This document shows positions 54,749 to 64,000 of a DNA stretch of 64,000 bases, one piece after another. The notes beneath the pieces are model-generated. The model ran no database searches and was not told the origin of the DNA. It worked only from the letters and a program-made list of their open reading frames with translations. The position numbers and the translations under genes were made by a program. The stretch comes from Savitreella phatthalungensis (taxonomy: Eukaryota): NCBI GenBank assembly GCA_051599415.1, contig AP039694.1:62001-126000 (forward strand). Reading direction: 5' to 3'. The stretch's first letter is position 1. Every line of letters starts with the position of its first letter.

Positions 54749-56668
54749 AAGTCGAAACACCTAGAATTGATCACCTTGAACTTCGCGCAGAAAATAAAGA
54801 CGCGTCGAACACGTCACCACCTACCTTCAACACAGCCTACTGCCTCTCCTAGCGCCTATGGACGCGTTCTGCCGTGAGGCATGCCTCCAAGCAGCCTTGA
54901 ACCACTACGCTGCTCGAAGAGACGGCAAAAAACCGTCTCTCCGTGATGCTGCAGCAGAATACAGCGTTTCACCCTCTACTTTGAGGCATCGACTGCAGAA
55001 TGGCAATAGGACTGCCTCAGAGGCCGCCAGAGAGCGCCAAAAGCTGACGGAAACACAGGAGAAGGCCATAGTAGAGATGCTGCACAGAAGGGCTGCAGTA
55101 GGCTATCCTATGACTCCTATGGAGGTCACTAGCCTAGCAGACAAATTTTTCGAATCTCGCGGCAGCACAGTGCACCTCGGAATGCGCTGGTTTCCTTCCT
55201 TCAAATTACGCCATCCTGACATCCACACAGTGCGCAGCAATCGCATCGACCACAGCCGCATGTATGCGGTGGATTCGGCTACTGTGGACGCTTATTTCAA
55301 GATCCTAGGCACCTATCTTCGAGAGGAAGCGATCCTGCCGGAGGATATCTGGAATGCCGATGAATCTGGCCTCATGATGGGCCGTTCTCAGTCCTCCCAG
55401 GTGGTGGTCCCACTGCTGCAGAAGGGTAAGAAGCGCGCTGTGGCAGCAGACAATGGAGATTGCGAAACAGTCAGCTGTATGGCCTGTGTTTCTGCTGCAG
55501 GTGCTCATTTACAGCCAGTTCTGGTGTTCAGTCGTACTCAGGCAAAGAGGGAGGCCTGTGGAAAGGCTGTGGAGGCAGGGCTGGCGCCTCCTGACAAGGC
55601 AAAGTACCTAGGCACGCCTGGAAACGCTGTACGCGTGTTTCACTCGAAAAACGGCTTCCTCACGTCCCAGTTAATCGTCCAGTGGCTACAGGAGGTCTTC
55701 CTGCCTGCCACAGCGCGAGATCCACCGAGGACGCGCGTCCTAGTGATCGATGGCGCCTGTGCTCACGCCACGCACGAGGTCATGTACGAATGCGCGAAAA
55801 ATGGCGTCAAGCTGGTCTACCTGCCTGCCCACAGCTCCCACATCACACAGCCACTCGACCTAGCTGTGTTCTCACCCTTGAAGAACCATTATGGGCAGGC
55901 AGTGAAGGTTCTTAGCCACAGGCTAGCAGGAAAGCCATGGGGTCGCAAAGAATTCATCTCAATCTTTCGCGGCGCCTGGCAGAAGGCGCTGAATCGTCAG
56001 AATATCACCTCAGGCTTCAGAACAGCAGGCATCTGGCCCTATGATCCACAGGCGGTGCGCCAAAGCCTGCTCTCTTACAACAATTCAGTCGAACCTGCCT
56101 CGGAGGCGGCAAAAAAGGCAGAACGGCCTGCCTTGGCCACCCTGACCACCAATACTGCAAATACACTGCCCAAAACGGTCAAAGCGACACGCGCGACACT
56201 GCAGGCAGCTGGAAAAGAGCGATATGCAGTGCTAGAGCTAGCACTCGAAGAGAACGCGCGAAAAGATCGCCTCATTGATGAACTTAGGACTACTGCAGAG
56301 CAGCTCCAGTTCATGATCGCCGATAGGGACGAGACTATAGCAGCCCTGCAGGCCAAGGCCTCGCGTCCTAGGGCAGCCTTCAAGGCACAGCAGCTGGCTA
56401 GAGGAGTGGACTGGCTAAAAGGACTGCTCGGCGAAGACTACACAGATATGAGGTGGCACTGGATCGCAGCAAAGGCGAAAGCTGCTAAAATCGAGCCTAG
56501 AGCATGGATAGAGGCACAGGACCAAGCTACCTTACTTTCAGAGCTAGCGCTGGTGATTCCATCGAATAGCAAGCAATCTACGGAGAAGGTGCCTTCGAAG
56601 AGGCGACAAAAAAAACGTGTGTGAAATTGATTAATCTTAAAGGTGATCAATTCTAGGTGTAGCGACTT
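54749..56668 (+). mobile_element. pogo/Fot1-type Tc1-mariner DNA transposon, copy 1 (1920 bp)
   Basis: ~29-bp TIRs AAGTCG(AA/CT)ACACCTAGAATTGATCACCTT; TA target duplication at 54747-54748 and 56669-56670. Confidence 0.95.
54858..56624 (+). CDS. pogo/Fot1 transposase (HTH_psq, CENP-B-type HTH, DDE_1; DD35D)
   Basis: SLRDAA..Y.V..STL..R, W...F..RHP, IWNADESG, VIDG, then 35 residues, then QPLD. Confidence 0.95.
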   Translation: MDAFCREACLQAALNHYAARRDGKKPSLRDAAAEYSVSPSTLRHRLQNGNRTASEAARERQKLTETQEKAIVEMLHRRAAVGYPMTPMEVTSLADKFFESRGSTVHLGMRWFPSFKLRHPDIHTVRSNRIDHSRMYAVDSATVDAYFKILGTYLREEAILPEDIWNADESGLMMGRSQSSQVVVPLLQKGKKRAVAADNGDCETVSCMACVSAAGAHLQPVLVFSRTQAKREACGKAVEAGLAPPDKAKYLGTPGNAVRVFHSKNGFLTSQLIVQWLQEVFLPATARDPPRTRVLVIDGACAHATHEVMYECAKNGVKLVYLPAHSSHITQPLDLAVFSPLKNHYGQAVKVLSHRLAGKPWGRKEFISIFRGAWQKALNRQNITSGFRTAGIWPYDPQAVRQSLLSYNNSVEPASEAAKKAERPALATLTTNTANTLPKTVKATRATLQAAGKERYAVLELALEENARKDRLIDELRTTAEQLQFMIADRDETIAALQAKASRPRAAFKAQQLARGVDWLKGLLGEDYTDMRWHWIAAKAKAAKIEPRAWIEAQDQATLLSELALVIPSNSKQSTEKVPSKRRQKKRV

Positions 56669-56689
56669 TATTTGACAAAGTGACGAAGA

Positions 56690-56723
56690 AGTTCATACGT
56701 ACGTACGTACGTGCGTATGAACT
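56690..56723. repeat. 34-bp near-perfect palindrome with a (TACG)n core
   Basis: AGTTCATACGTACGTACGTACGTGCGTATGAACT has one mismatched pair. Confidence 0.85.
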
Positions 56724-57359
56724 CAATTCTAAAAAGCGATCGCAAAGAGCCCAGCCCAGCTTTGGTGAAGCTTTTGCCCTTTGTAGGCCTCTAGCTGACA
56801 GATGCCAACCTCTTTTTGCGTCGCAAGCATGCATCTTTCTGCGCTTCATGTCGCATTCAGACTCAATTTATGTGTCTTGGACTCCACCGCTAAAAGATGC
56901 AGAGTTCGCCGCACAGCCAGACATGCGGCCAGACAAGACCTGCAGGACATGCTTTAAAATGAAAGAGCCAAAATAGAGCAGTGATGCCAGGACTGTTGGA
57001 AATGACTCTTCAAGTTAGGAACATGCATACACGCACCTATTTGCCTGTTCTTCTGTGGACACCACGAGACCGCTCAAACTCGAGGTTCTTTTGCTTTAAG
57101 GTGGGGTACCACTATCACAGATCTGTCTGACACTGCTAGCTGGGTCTTCAATGATGCCGAAATTGAATACACACAGCTAGCTGATATGACGTGGAAGAGC
57201 TGAAAGGTGATTAGCTTAACGTTAGACTTGGTAGTACCCGGGTGCACCCGACTAGACTTCTTCCAGTCTGCCGGATCCGTGACGCTAAGTCTCGTGGTAG
57301 CTCGTCCAGCAAGCTCTATTGTCGCACGATCATACATAGATCAGGCTCATTGACCAGGC

Positions 57360-58886
57360 TCATTGACCATTTGTGTCGTACGATCTTCTTCGACCATCGT
57401 TTCTCAGCACTTGGTAAGCCTCTGTGATGCGCGAGAATTCCTTTGTAGCAGATGCCCGCTGCTCCGGTGGGAACTTGTCTGGGTGTTTCGAGAGGGCCAA
57501 CTTGCGAAAAGCCGACTGAATTTCTTCCTTTCTTGCGCCCGGCATAACCCCCAGAACTTTGTAATAGCCTTTTGGATCGTGATGCCGGGCGGCGCGCGGT
57601 CCGCGAGACGCTGTTTCTCGTTGATATTGGTCATAAGTGCCTTGACCATCACCGGCGTGCCGAGTTTTATATTGTTCTTGCTGTTGTTCCTGTTGACTAC
57701 CGTGTCCAGTGCGACCGTACCCGTAGAACGGATCTGCCGGCCTCCGAGGCCCTGAGAAGTCCCCTGCAGATCTGAAAGGATCGAAGTAATCCCAGTTTGA
57801 GCGCTTCCCTGTAAAAAGGTCGCCGAAGAAGCCTGTGTTGAAAGGATTGTAAGGCCCTTGTCGAGAGCCTAATCCATTGTGCCCGACGTTTGACATTGAA
57901 GCGTTTTTCGTCCGGTCGCTTTGTCGTGCCCCTTCAAGTCGCGCTAGGCGCCACACCGGCAGCCATCGCATCGCTGTTCTGACGCCGAAATAGGATATCG
58001 TGGCGATCAGCGTGCCGAAGACCGGAAATCCAAGCGCAAAGATGAAGACTGTTCCGATCGTGCCCGCAGCTAGGGCAGCAGTGAGGCCAGGATCATGAAT
58101 CACAACGCCGGCGGCTCTCCCCGTTAGACCTGATACTATAGTCGGGGACGGCGCTCCCGGGAAGATGTATACTGGCATGAGAAGTTTTTTTACAGCATCG
58201 AAAAGAACCTCGACCTGGAAGTCATGGAGGCGGACGAGCGCACCGTACTCGCGCTGCAGGACTTGTCTAGCGACCTCAGCCTCATGCTCGCTTACGCGAG
58301 CTTGAGTCTTCTCTGCGGCAAATGTCTGCGTCATCTCAAAGCTCGCTGCTTTCCGAATGAAGGTGGATTTTACAAAGTGACTAGGGTCTATAGGCAGCAA
58401 GGATGCCACTTGGGACTCAAACAGCTCAAAACCTGCGTAGACCTGAGTTGGGCCATCAGAGGAATTGTATTGGTTCTTGAACTCGAATGCATGCGGTAGA
58501 GTCGTCCACACAGTTCGCTGCCTAGTAGAGACCTTTCCAGTCGCAGGGTCTCTCCAAGGGACCGACATACTCCTTCCAACACTAGCCCTGAATGTAGTTC
58601 TGGCCTGAACTTGAAAAACATACAACGGGATGTGCTGCGCATCAGCGGCAACGACCGTTGGCGACACGGTTAGCGGGGACTTGTGGAATGACCTGTATGA
58701 TTCAGCCGCAGCTTCAGGCGTGACTTGAAACGGAGCAGCTGCGGCATGGTCGTCCCTTGATTCGTATTGTATATACCTGCGAAGAGTTCGGCAACGCAAG
58801 GCGAGCAATCGCCGCGATCGCGCGACTGATGGACCACAAAGTCGGTGACAGCACGTTGGGCTAGGAAGGCTCGCACTCATCACCAT
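57360..58886 (-). CDS. Membrane protein with C-terminal DnaJ domain
   Basis: C-terminal DPKGYYKVLGV...AFRKLAL..HPDK...EAYQVL...RR.YD, a central hydrophobic hairpin, a G/F-rich linker and an Arg-rich N-terminus. Confidence 0.85.
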   Translation of the reverse strand: MVMSASLPSPTCCHRLCGPSVARSRRLLALRCRTLRRYIQYESRDDHAAAAPFQVTPEAAAESYRSFHKSPLTVSPTVVAADAQHIPLYVFQVQARTTFRASVGRSMSVPWRDPATGKVSTRQRTVWTTLPHAFEFKNQYNSSDGPTQVYAGFELFESQVASLLPIDPSHFVKSTFIRKAASFEMTQTFAAEKTQARVSEHEAEVARQVLQREYGALVRLHDFQVEVLFDAVKKLLMPVYIFPGAPSPTIVSGLTGRAAGVVIHDPGLTAALAAGTIGTVFIFALGFPVFGTLIATISYFGVRTAMRWLPVWRLARLEGARQSDRTKNASMSNVGHNGLGSRQGPYNPFNTGFFGDLFTGKRSNWDYFDPFRSAGDFSGPRRPADPFYGYGRTGHGSQQEQQQEQYKTRHAGDGQGTYDQYQRETASRGPRAARHHDPKGYYKVLGVMPGARKEEIQSAFRKLALSKHPDKFPPEQRASATKEFSRITEAYQVLRNDGRRRSYDTNGQ

Positions 58887-59229
58887 CTGCCAGCAGCAAC
58901 TGACCCAAATTTAGGTCAACCCTCTTCGTCCTATCGACGTCGCCGCCGCCTTTAATATCAAGCTTGTCCTCTCTGCTGACGGCCTCGAGCGACAAGATTC
59001 TGATTTCGGTTGCGCACATAGCTGACAGTTTAATTGAGGCGGAATACTCAGGGCCTACTGAACATGTGAAGTGGTCAACTTCCAACGTCGCATATGTTGG
59101 TGCGCAATCATGATCACTGAATGCATGAAACGAAACTCATTCATTCGAATTCATTCTAGCTACGCACGTATTATACAGCTGTACGATGAAATAGACGTTC
59201 GAACGCTGGTGATGATGCATGCATATATA

Positions 59230-61149
59230 AAGTCGAAACACCTAATATTGATCACCTTTAACTTCGCGCAGAAAATAAAGACGCGTCGAACACGTCACCA
59301 CCTACCTTCAACACAGCCTACTGCCTCTCCTAGCGCCTATGGACGCGTTCTGCCGTGAGGCCTGCCTCCAGGCAGCCTTGAACCACTACGCTGCTCGAAG
59401 AGACGGCAAAAAACCGTCTCTCCGTGATGCTGCAGCAGAATACAGCGTTTCACCCTCTACTTTGAGGCATCGGCTGCAGAATGGCAATAGGACTGCCTCA
59501 GAGGCCGCCAGAGAGCGCCAAAAGCTGACGGAAACACAGGAGAAGGCCATAGTAGAGATGCTGCACAGAAGGGCTGCAGTAGGCTATCCTATGACTCCTA
59601 TGGAGGTCACTAGCCTAGCAGACAAATTTTTCGAATCTCGCGGCAGCACAGTGCACCTCGGAATGCGCTGGTTTCCTTCCTTCAAATTACGCCATCCTGA
59701 CATCCACACAGTGCGCAGCAATCGCATCGACCACAGCCGCATGTATGCGGTGGATTCGGCTACTGTGGACGCTTATTTCAAGATCCTAGGCACCTATCTT
59801 CGAGAGGAAGCGATCCTGCCGGAGGATATCTGGAATGCCGATGAATCTGGCCTCATGATGGGCCGTTCCCAGTCCTCCCAGGTGGTGATTCCGCTGCAGC
59901 AGAAGGGTAAGAAGCGCGCTGTGGCAGCAGACAATGGAGATCGCGAAACAGTCAGCTGTATGGCCTGTGTTTCTGCTGCAGGTGCCCATTTACAACCAGT
60001 TCTGGTGTTCAGGCGCACTCAGGCGAAGAGGGAGGCCTGTGGAAAGGCTGTGGAGGCTGGGCTGGCGCCTCCTGACGAGGCAAAGTACCTAGGCACGCCT
60101 GGAAACGCTGTACGCGTGTTTCATTCGAAGAATGGCTTTCTAACCTCGCAGTTGATCGTCCAGTGGCTGCAGGAGGTCTTCCTGCCTGCCACAGCACGAG
60201 ATCCACCGAGGACGCGCGTCCTAGTGATCGATGGCGCCTGCGCCCACGCCACCCACGAGGTCATGTACAAATGCGCGAAAAATGGCGTCAAACTCGTCTA
60301 CCTGCCTGCCCACAGCTCCCACCTCACACAGCCGCTCGACCTAGCTGTATTCTCGCCTCTGAAGAACTACTATGGGCAGGCAGTAAGGGTTCTTAGCCAC
60401 AGGCTAGCAGGCAGGCCCTGGGGACGCGAAGAATTCATCTCAATCTTTCTAGGCGCCTGGGGCAAGGCGCTGACGCGGCAGAACATCACCTCAGGCTTCA
60501 GGCAAGGCGGTATCTGGCCCTATGATCCACAGGCAGTGCGCCGAAGCCTGCTCTCTTACAACAATTCAGTCGAATCTGCCTCGGAAGCTGCGAAAAGGCC
60601 AGAAAGGCCTGCCTTGGCCACCCTGACCACCAATGCAGCCAATACACTGCCGAAAATGGTCAAAGCGACACGCGCGACACTGCAGGCAGCTGGAAAAGAG
60701 AGATACGAGGTGCTAGAGCTAGCACTCGCAGAGAATGCGCAAAAAGATCGCCTCATTGATGAACTGAAGACTGCTGCAGAACAGCTCCAGTTCATGATCG
60801 CCGATAGGGACGAGACTATAGCAGCCCTGCAGGCCAAGGCCTCGCGTCCTAGGGCAGCCTTCAAGGCACAGCAGCTGGCTAGAGGAGTGGACTGGCTAAA
60901 AGGACTGCTCGGCGAAGACTACACAGATATGAGGTGGCACTGGATCGCAGCAAAGGCGAAAGCTGCTAAAATCGAGCCTAGAGCATGGATAGAGGCACAG
61001 GACCAAGCTACCTTACTTTCAGAGCTAGCGCTGGTGATTCCATCGAATAGCAAGCAATCTACGGAGAAGGTGCCTTCGAAGAGGCGACAAAAAAAGAGTG
61101 TGTGAAATTGATTAATCTTAAAGGTGATCAATTCTAGGTGTAGCGACTT
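59230..61149 (+). mobile_element. pogo/Fot1-type DNA transposon, copy 2 (1920 bp)
   Basis: Same TIRs as copy 1 with a few left-end substitutions; TA at 59228-59229 and 61150-61151; same length as copy 1. Confidence 0.95.
59339..61105 (+). CDS. pogo/Fot1 transposase (DD35D), second intact copy
   Basis: 588-aa ORF collinear with copy 1; catalytic Asp triad intact. Confidence 0.95.
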   Translation: MDAFCREACLQAALNHYAARRDGKKPSLRDAAAEYSVSPSTLRHRLQNGNRTASEAARERQKLTETQEKAIVEMLHRRAAVGYPMTPMEVTSLADKFFESRGSTVHLGMRWFPSFKLRHPDIHTVRSNRIDHSRMYAVDSATVDAYFKILGTYLREEAILPEDIWNADESGLMMGRSQSSQVVIPLQQKGKKRAVAADNGDRETVSCMACVSAAGAHLQPVLVFRRTQAKREACGKAVEAGLAPPDEAKYLGTPGNAVRVFHSKNGFLTSQLIVQWLQEVFLPATARDPPRTRVLVIDGACAHATHEVMYKCAKNGVKLVYLPAHSSHLTQPLDLAVFSPLKNYYGQAVRVLSHRLAGRPWGREEFISIFLGAWGKALTRQNITSGFRQGGIWPYDPQAVRRSLLSYNNSVESASEAAKRPERPALATLTTNAANTLPKMVKATRATLQAAGKERYEVLELALAENAQKDRLIDELKTAAEQLQFMIADRDETIAALQAKASRPRAAFKAQQLARGVDWLKGLLGEDYTDMRWHWIAAKAKAAKIEPRAWIEAQDQATLLSELALVIPSNSKQSTEKVPSKRRQKKSV

Positions 61150-61523
61150 TAATTTAAATATACTGTATATGCGATCGAGCATGAACCACCAGCTACGCGC
61201 AGTCGTGTAGACAGCATATTCATCAAGCTTTGTCGAAACGGCCCGACGCACGAGCGCTGGCTCAGTCTTACACGCTCACGGGCATCGTTGTCAGCGAGCT
61301 TGCCTTACAGTTTTGTTTCTGAAGGCGTCGCTCGCGATTCAAGAGTGAAAGCCTTGCAAGCAACGCGGTCTATGGGTTACACAAATTCTAAGGCCGATTA
61401 GCAGATACAGATATCATCTAGGGCAGGGCATAGAGCCGACCCTGTCGGCCGGCGCAGACACTTTCCTCCCAGTTGACGCATGATCTGATCAGCTGCACAG
61501 TCTCATCGCTATTCGCTGCAGTC

Positions 61524-64000
61524 ATGACATTCAATCCAGCGCGTCTTCCTCGGCTGGATTTACAGGACGATGAACAGGCGACAAGCCCGGTCTTAGTCCT
61601 GGAGCAAGCTGCTGATCTAGCGCTGCAACAAGAACAGCAAAAGCGATCCCCGCGACACCATCAACAGCAACAGCAACAGCAACAACAACAGCAACAGCAA
61701 CAACAACAGCAGCCGGAGCAGTTCGACAGTCAACTGCTCACAAATGCGGAAGAAGATTACGAGGAGTCTTTCGATGTCACGTCTGCTGATAAGTTCCTCG
61801 CTGGTGTGCTGACGCACGACCCGCCTCAGCTTGATGGACCCCAAAAGCTCACACCGCCAGACGATCCACCAGTCATCGAAACAATTCCGCGTGTTGAATC
61901 AATTGCGACTGATCAGGGACTTTCAGTGGAGTATCCTGCTGCAAACTTCAATAAAGATTCAACGCTACGGCAATTCAGTGCCGGCGGATTCTTCGGCGAG
62001 GACGAGGCGATAAGCAGACAAAAAACGCTGACAGATCGTCCCGTTGAACCCGCTCAACAGTCGCGCTGGAATCTCGCATCATCCTCAAATGCGGAGAGCT
62101 CCTTGCTATCTCACGATGCCGGAGTGCCCCTGGGCGATCCAAAGGGGCCGCAGACACGAGATTCCGCTCATCGAGACGAGACCAGGGACGTGATTCCGAT
62201 CCAGCGACATATTCAAAATCCCGCAGAAGAAGTGGATATTACTGAACGCCTGGATGAGGAAGCAGCATCGCTGTTCGCAGATGATTCGAGTTCGCCTGCC
62301 TGGGCCGCTTTGGCTGCAGATGATCCGTTCAGCGGACTTGGCGATAAGGACGATGTGACTATTGGTCTTGGCATCAGTTCACCGAAGAGCAGTGCTTTGG
62401 GCAGGCAAAATGGCGAAGATCCGGCCTTGGACATTGACGCTGAACTAGAAGCAGAATTTGCGGAGATGGAGGCTAGCTTTGCGGACATCCTATCAATCAG
62501 AGATGCTCCAGAACTAGTTTCGCAAGTAGCAAGTGCTCCTGCAGATGCGCCTAGGCGCGGTTCGTTGGCTCTTGCGAGCCTCCCCGACAGTTCAATGCGA
62601 CCGCACGCCGCGGAGTCTAGACAAAACTCCAATCCGGCTCAACCCGGGGCTTCCAGAGCGGAGCGGCCACAAAGACAAGATACAAGCACAGTTGGATCGA
62701 GCAGCGCGACGAGCTCGCGTGTGCTTCAGCGCTACATGCCATCTGCATCATATGAGGCAGCAGAGCCGCCGAGTCTTGCCTACATACCGCCTCATGATGC
62801 CGGCGCACTCCAACCTCGCTTGCAAACGCAGCTTCGTAGCGCCAGCAGCTCGCACTTTCCACGAGCAGGTCAGATGCTCCCTATACTGGGCTGCACGCAA
62901 AAAGCGCCAGCCGCTTCCTCTTTTGTTAACGCAAAGTCTACATATACTGACCCATACGCACTTCCAGACTCTGTGCTTCCCTCACAACCGCTCAAACAAA
63001 GGACGCCGTCTCTCAGGCCGGCTGTGAGCGTACCGAATTTCGGCTCTGTGATGCAATACAAGAACTCAGGCACAGGAGCCCGCTTGCCGCCAGGCCAAGA
63101 GCCAGATCAACGTCAGCAGCGTGTCTCATCTGTTGGGGGCATTTATCAGCCGCAGCTACCTCGGCAAGTCATAGCTGCGCAATCGGCACAGCGCGCTCCT
63201 TCAATCAGGTCGACCTCATACACCAGTCCTCAAGCAACTCTCCCTCCAGCATCCGCGCAAGACAGACAAGCGAACTCAGATCAGGGGCATCCGCCACTTC
63301 GCAATGCGAGCCTTGGCGCGCCATACAATCCAGTCGGCCCGCCTCGAAGACGGTCACATGTACAAGTCGTTGGGAGTCTCCTGTCTAACGGATCATCGGA
63401 ACAGCCATATCAGCAGGCTCGGCCGCAACAGCCGCAACAACATTATGAAAGCAACGCGCAGGAGAGACAAGCTATTCTGCAGGGACCATGGGCCAGCGCG
63501 CAGCACGCTGAAATTCCTCACGGGCTGCGCTCCTCGCTGCAACCAATCACGTCTTCTCGCGGGGAACCACATCATGGATCTGACTACCAGGCCGCGGCCG
63601 AGTCTTTCTCCCATGCGGTAGCTAAGAACACCGAGGATCAATTGCACGCATACAATCAGCGGCCTGCCGTACTCCGCCCAAGTGCTCCAAGCCAGCTCAA
63701 GCCGAGCCATTCGAGACAGCCTTCGGCGAGCTATTCCGAACTCAGTCAGGGCGAGCCAGAAAGGCGGGAAGTCTACGATGACTTCATACGCGAGCAAACA
63801 AGTAGCGAGACCAGAATGTTCGAAGATGCTTACAATTTCGCCTATGATGACATTCAGCTAGCGCAAACGGTACAGCGAGGGAGAAGCGCTTCTCATCATA
63901 CAAGGGCTCAGCAACAATCACAGTCTCCGGACCATTCGACTGACGAGCGGCCGGCGTCAGGCTCACATCCCCGTCAGACCTCGAGACCTCATGATCAGAT
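61524..64000 (+). CDS. Large low-complexity protein running off the window end, probably the N-terminal region of the COPII organiser Sec16
   Basis: Manual translation from ATG 61524 (MTFNPARLP...) stays open for about 825 codons to the window end, so the ORF track does not list it. It is S/P/Q-rich and contains SFVNAKSTYTDPYALP, which resembles a fungal Sec16 N-terminal motif as I recall it. Confidence 0.65.
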   Translation, partial: MTFNPARLPRLDLQDDEQATSPVLVLEQAADLALQQEQQKRSPRHHQQQQQQQQQQQQQQQQQPEQFDSQLLTNAEEDYEESFDVTSADKFLAGVLTHDPPQLDGPQKLTPPDDPPVIETIPRVESIATDQGLSVEYPAANFNKDSTLRQFSAGGFFGEDEAISRQKTLTDRPVEPAQQSRWNLASSSNAESSLLSHDAGVPLGDPKGPQTRDSAHRDETRDVIPIQRHIQNPAEEVDITERLDEEAASLFADDSSSPAWAALAADDPFSGLGDKDDVTIGLGISSPKSSALGRQNGEDPALDIDAELEAEFAEMEASFADILSIRDAPELVSQVASAPADAPRRGSLALASLPDSSMRPHAAESRQNSNPAQPGASRAERPQRQDTSTVGSSSATSSRVLQRYMPSASYEAAEPPSLAYIPPHDAGALQPRLQTQLRSASSSHFPRAGQMLPILGCTQKAPAASSFVNAKSTYTDPYALPDSVLPSQPLKQRTPSLRPAVSVPNFGSVMQYKNSGTGARLPPGQEPDQRQQRVSSVGGIYQPQLPRQVIAAQSAQRAPSIRSTSYTSPQATLPPASAQDRQANSDQGHPPLRNASLGAPYNPVGPPRRRSHVQVVGSLLSNGSSEQPYQQARPQQPQQHYESNAQERQAILQGPWASAQHAEIPHGLRSSLQPITSSRGEPHHGSDYQAAAESFSHAVAKNTEDQLHAYNQRPAVLRPSAPSQLKPSHSRQPSASYSELSQGEPERREVYDDFIREQTSSETRMFEDAYNFAYDDIQLAQTVQRGRSASHHTRAQQQSQSPDHSTDERPASGSHPRQTSRPHDQ
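61662..61712 (+). repeat. CAA/CAG repeat encoding 17 Gln
   Basis: Directly visible, in frame with the ORF starting at 61524. Confidence 0.9.

Noticed and set aside
1..64000. Numerous short antisense or overlapping ORFs in the track; tRNA and rRNA genes
   Set aside because: The short ORFs are shadows of real genes with no motifs. I identified no tRNA or rRNA by eye, and tRNAscan-SE was not run.

Overview
Gene-dense, intron-poor fungal nuclear DNA, most likely Taphrinomycotina. This is inferred from an HMG box closely resembling fission-yeast Ste11, short 47-58 nt introns and very short intergenic gaps. The window holds about 28 host genes: glucosidase I, kinesin, ste11-like HMG factor, hus1, MTQ1, MTO1, JAC1, PAM16, CBP80, PFK2-like, FAR11, SDR, phytochrome, alpha/beta hydrolase, membrane hybrid histidine kinase, PPPDE-PUL peptidase, TOM40, eRF1, RPB5, NCL1, GPI13, TACO1/YebC, TPR protein, SEC22, Ych1-like phosphatase, a J-domain protein and a partial Sec16-like ORF that the ORF track misses. 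Features the ORF track does not explain: (1) a ~3.3 kb island of about eight solo LTRs or LTR fragments of one family, three with 5-bp TSDs, showing CpG-biased decay; (2) two intact 1920-bp pogo/Fot1 DD35D transposons in direct orientation around a host J-protein gene, with mosaic divergence; (3) TOM40 split by a +1 frame change with no intron; (4) a GC-AG intron in SEC22; (5) a STREP + TR-box + ACAAAG cluster upstream of ste11. All alignments and counts were done by eye and no database searches were run.
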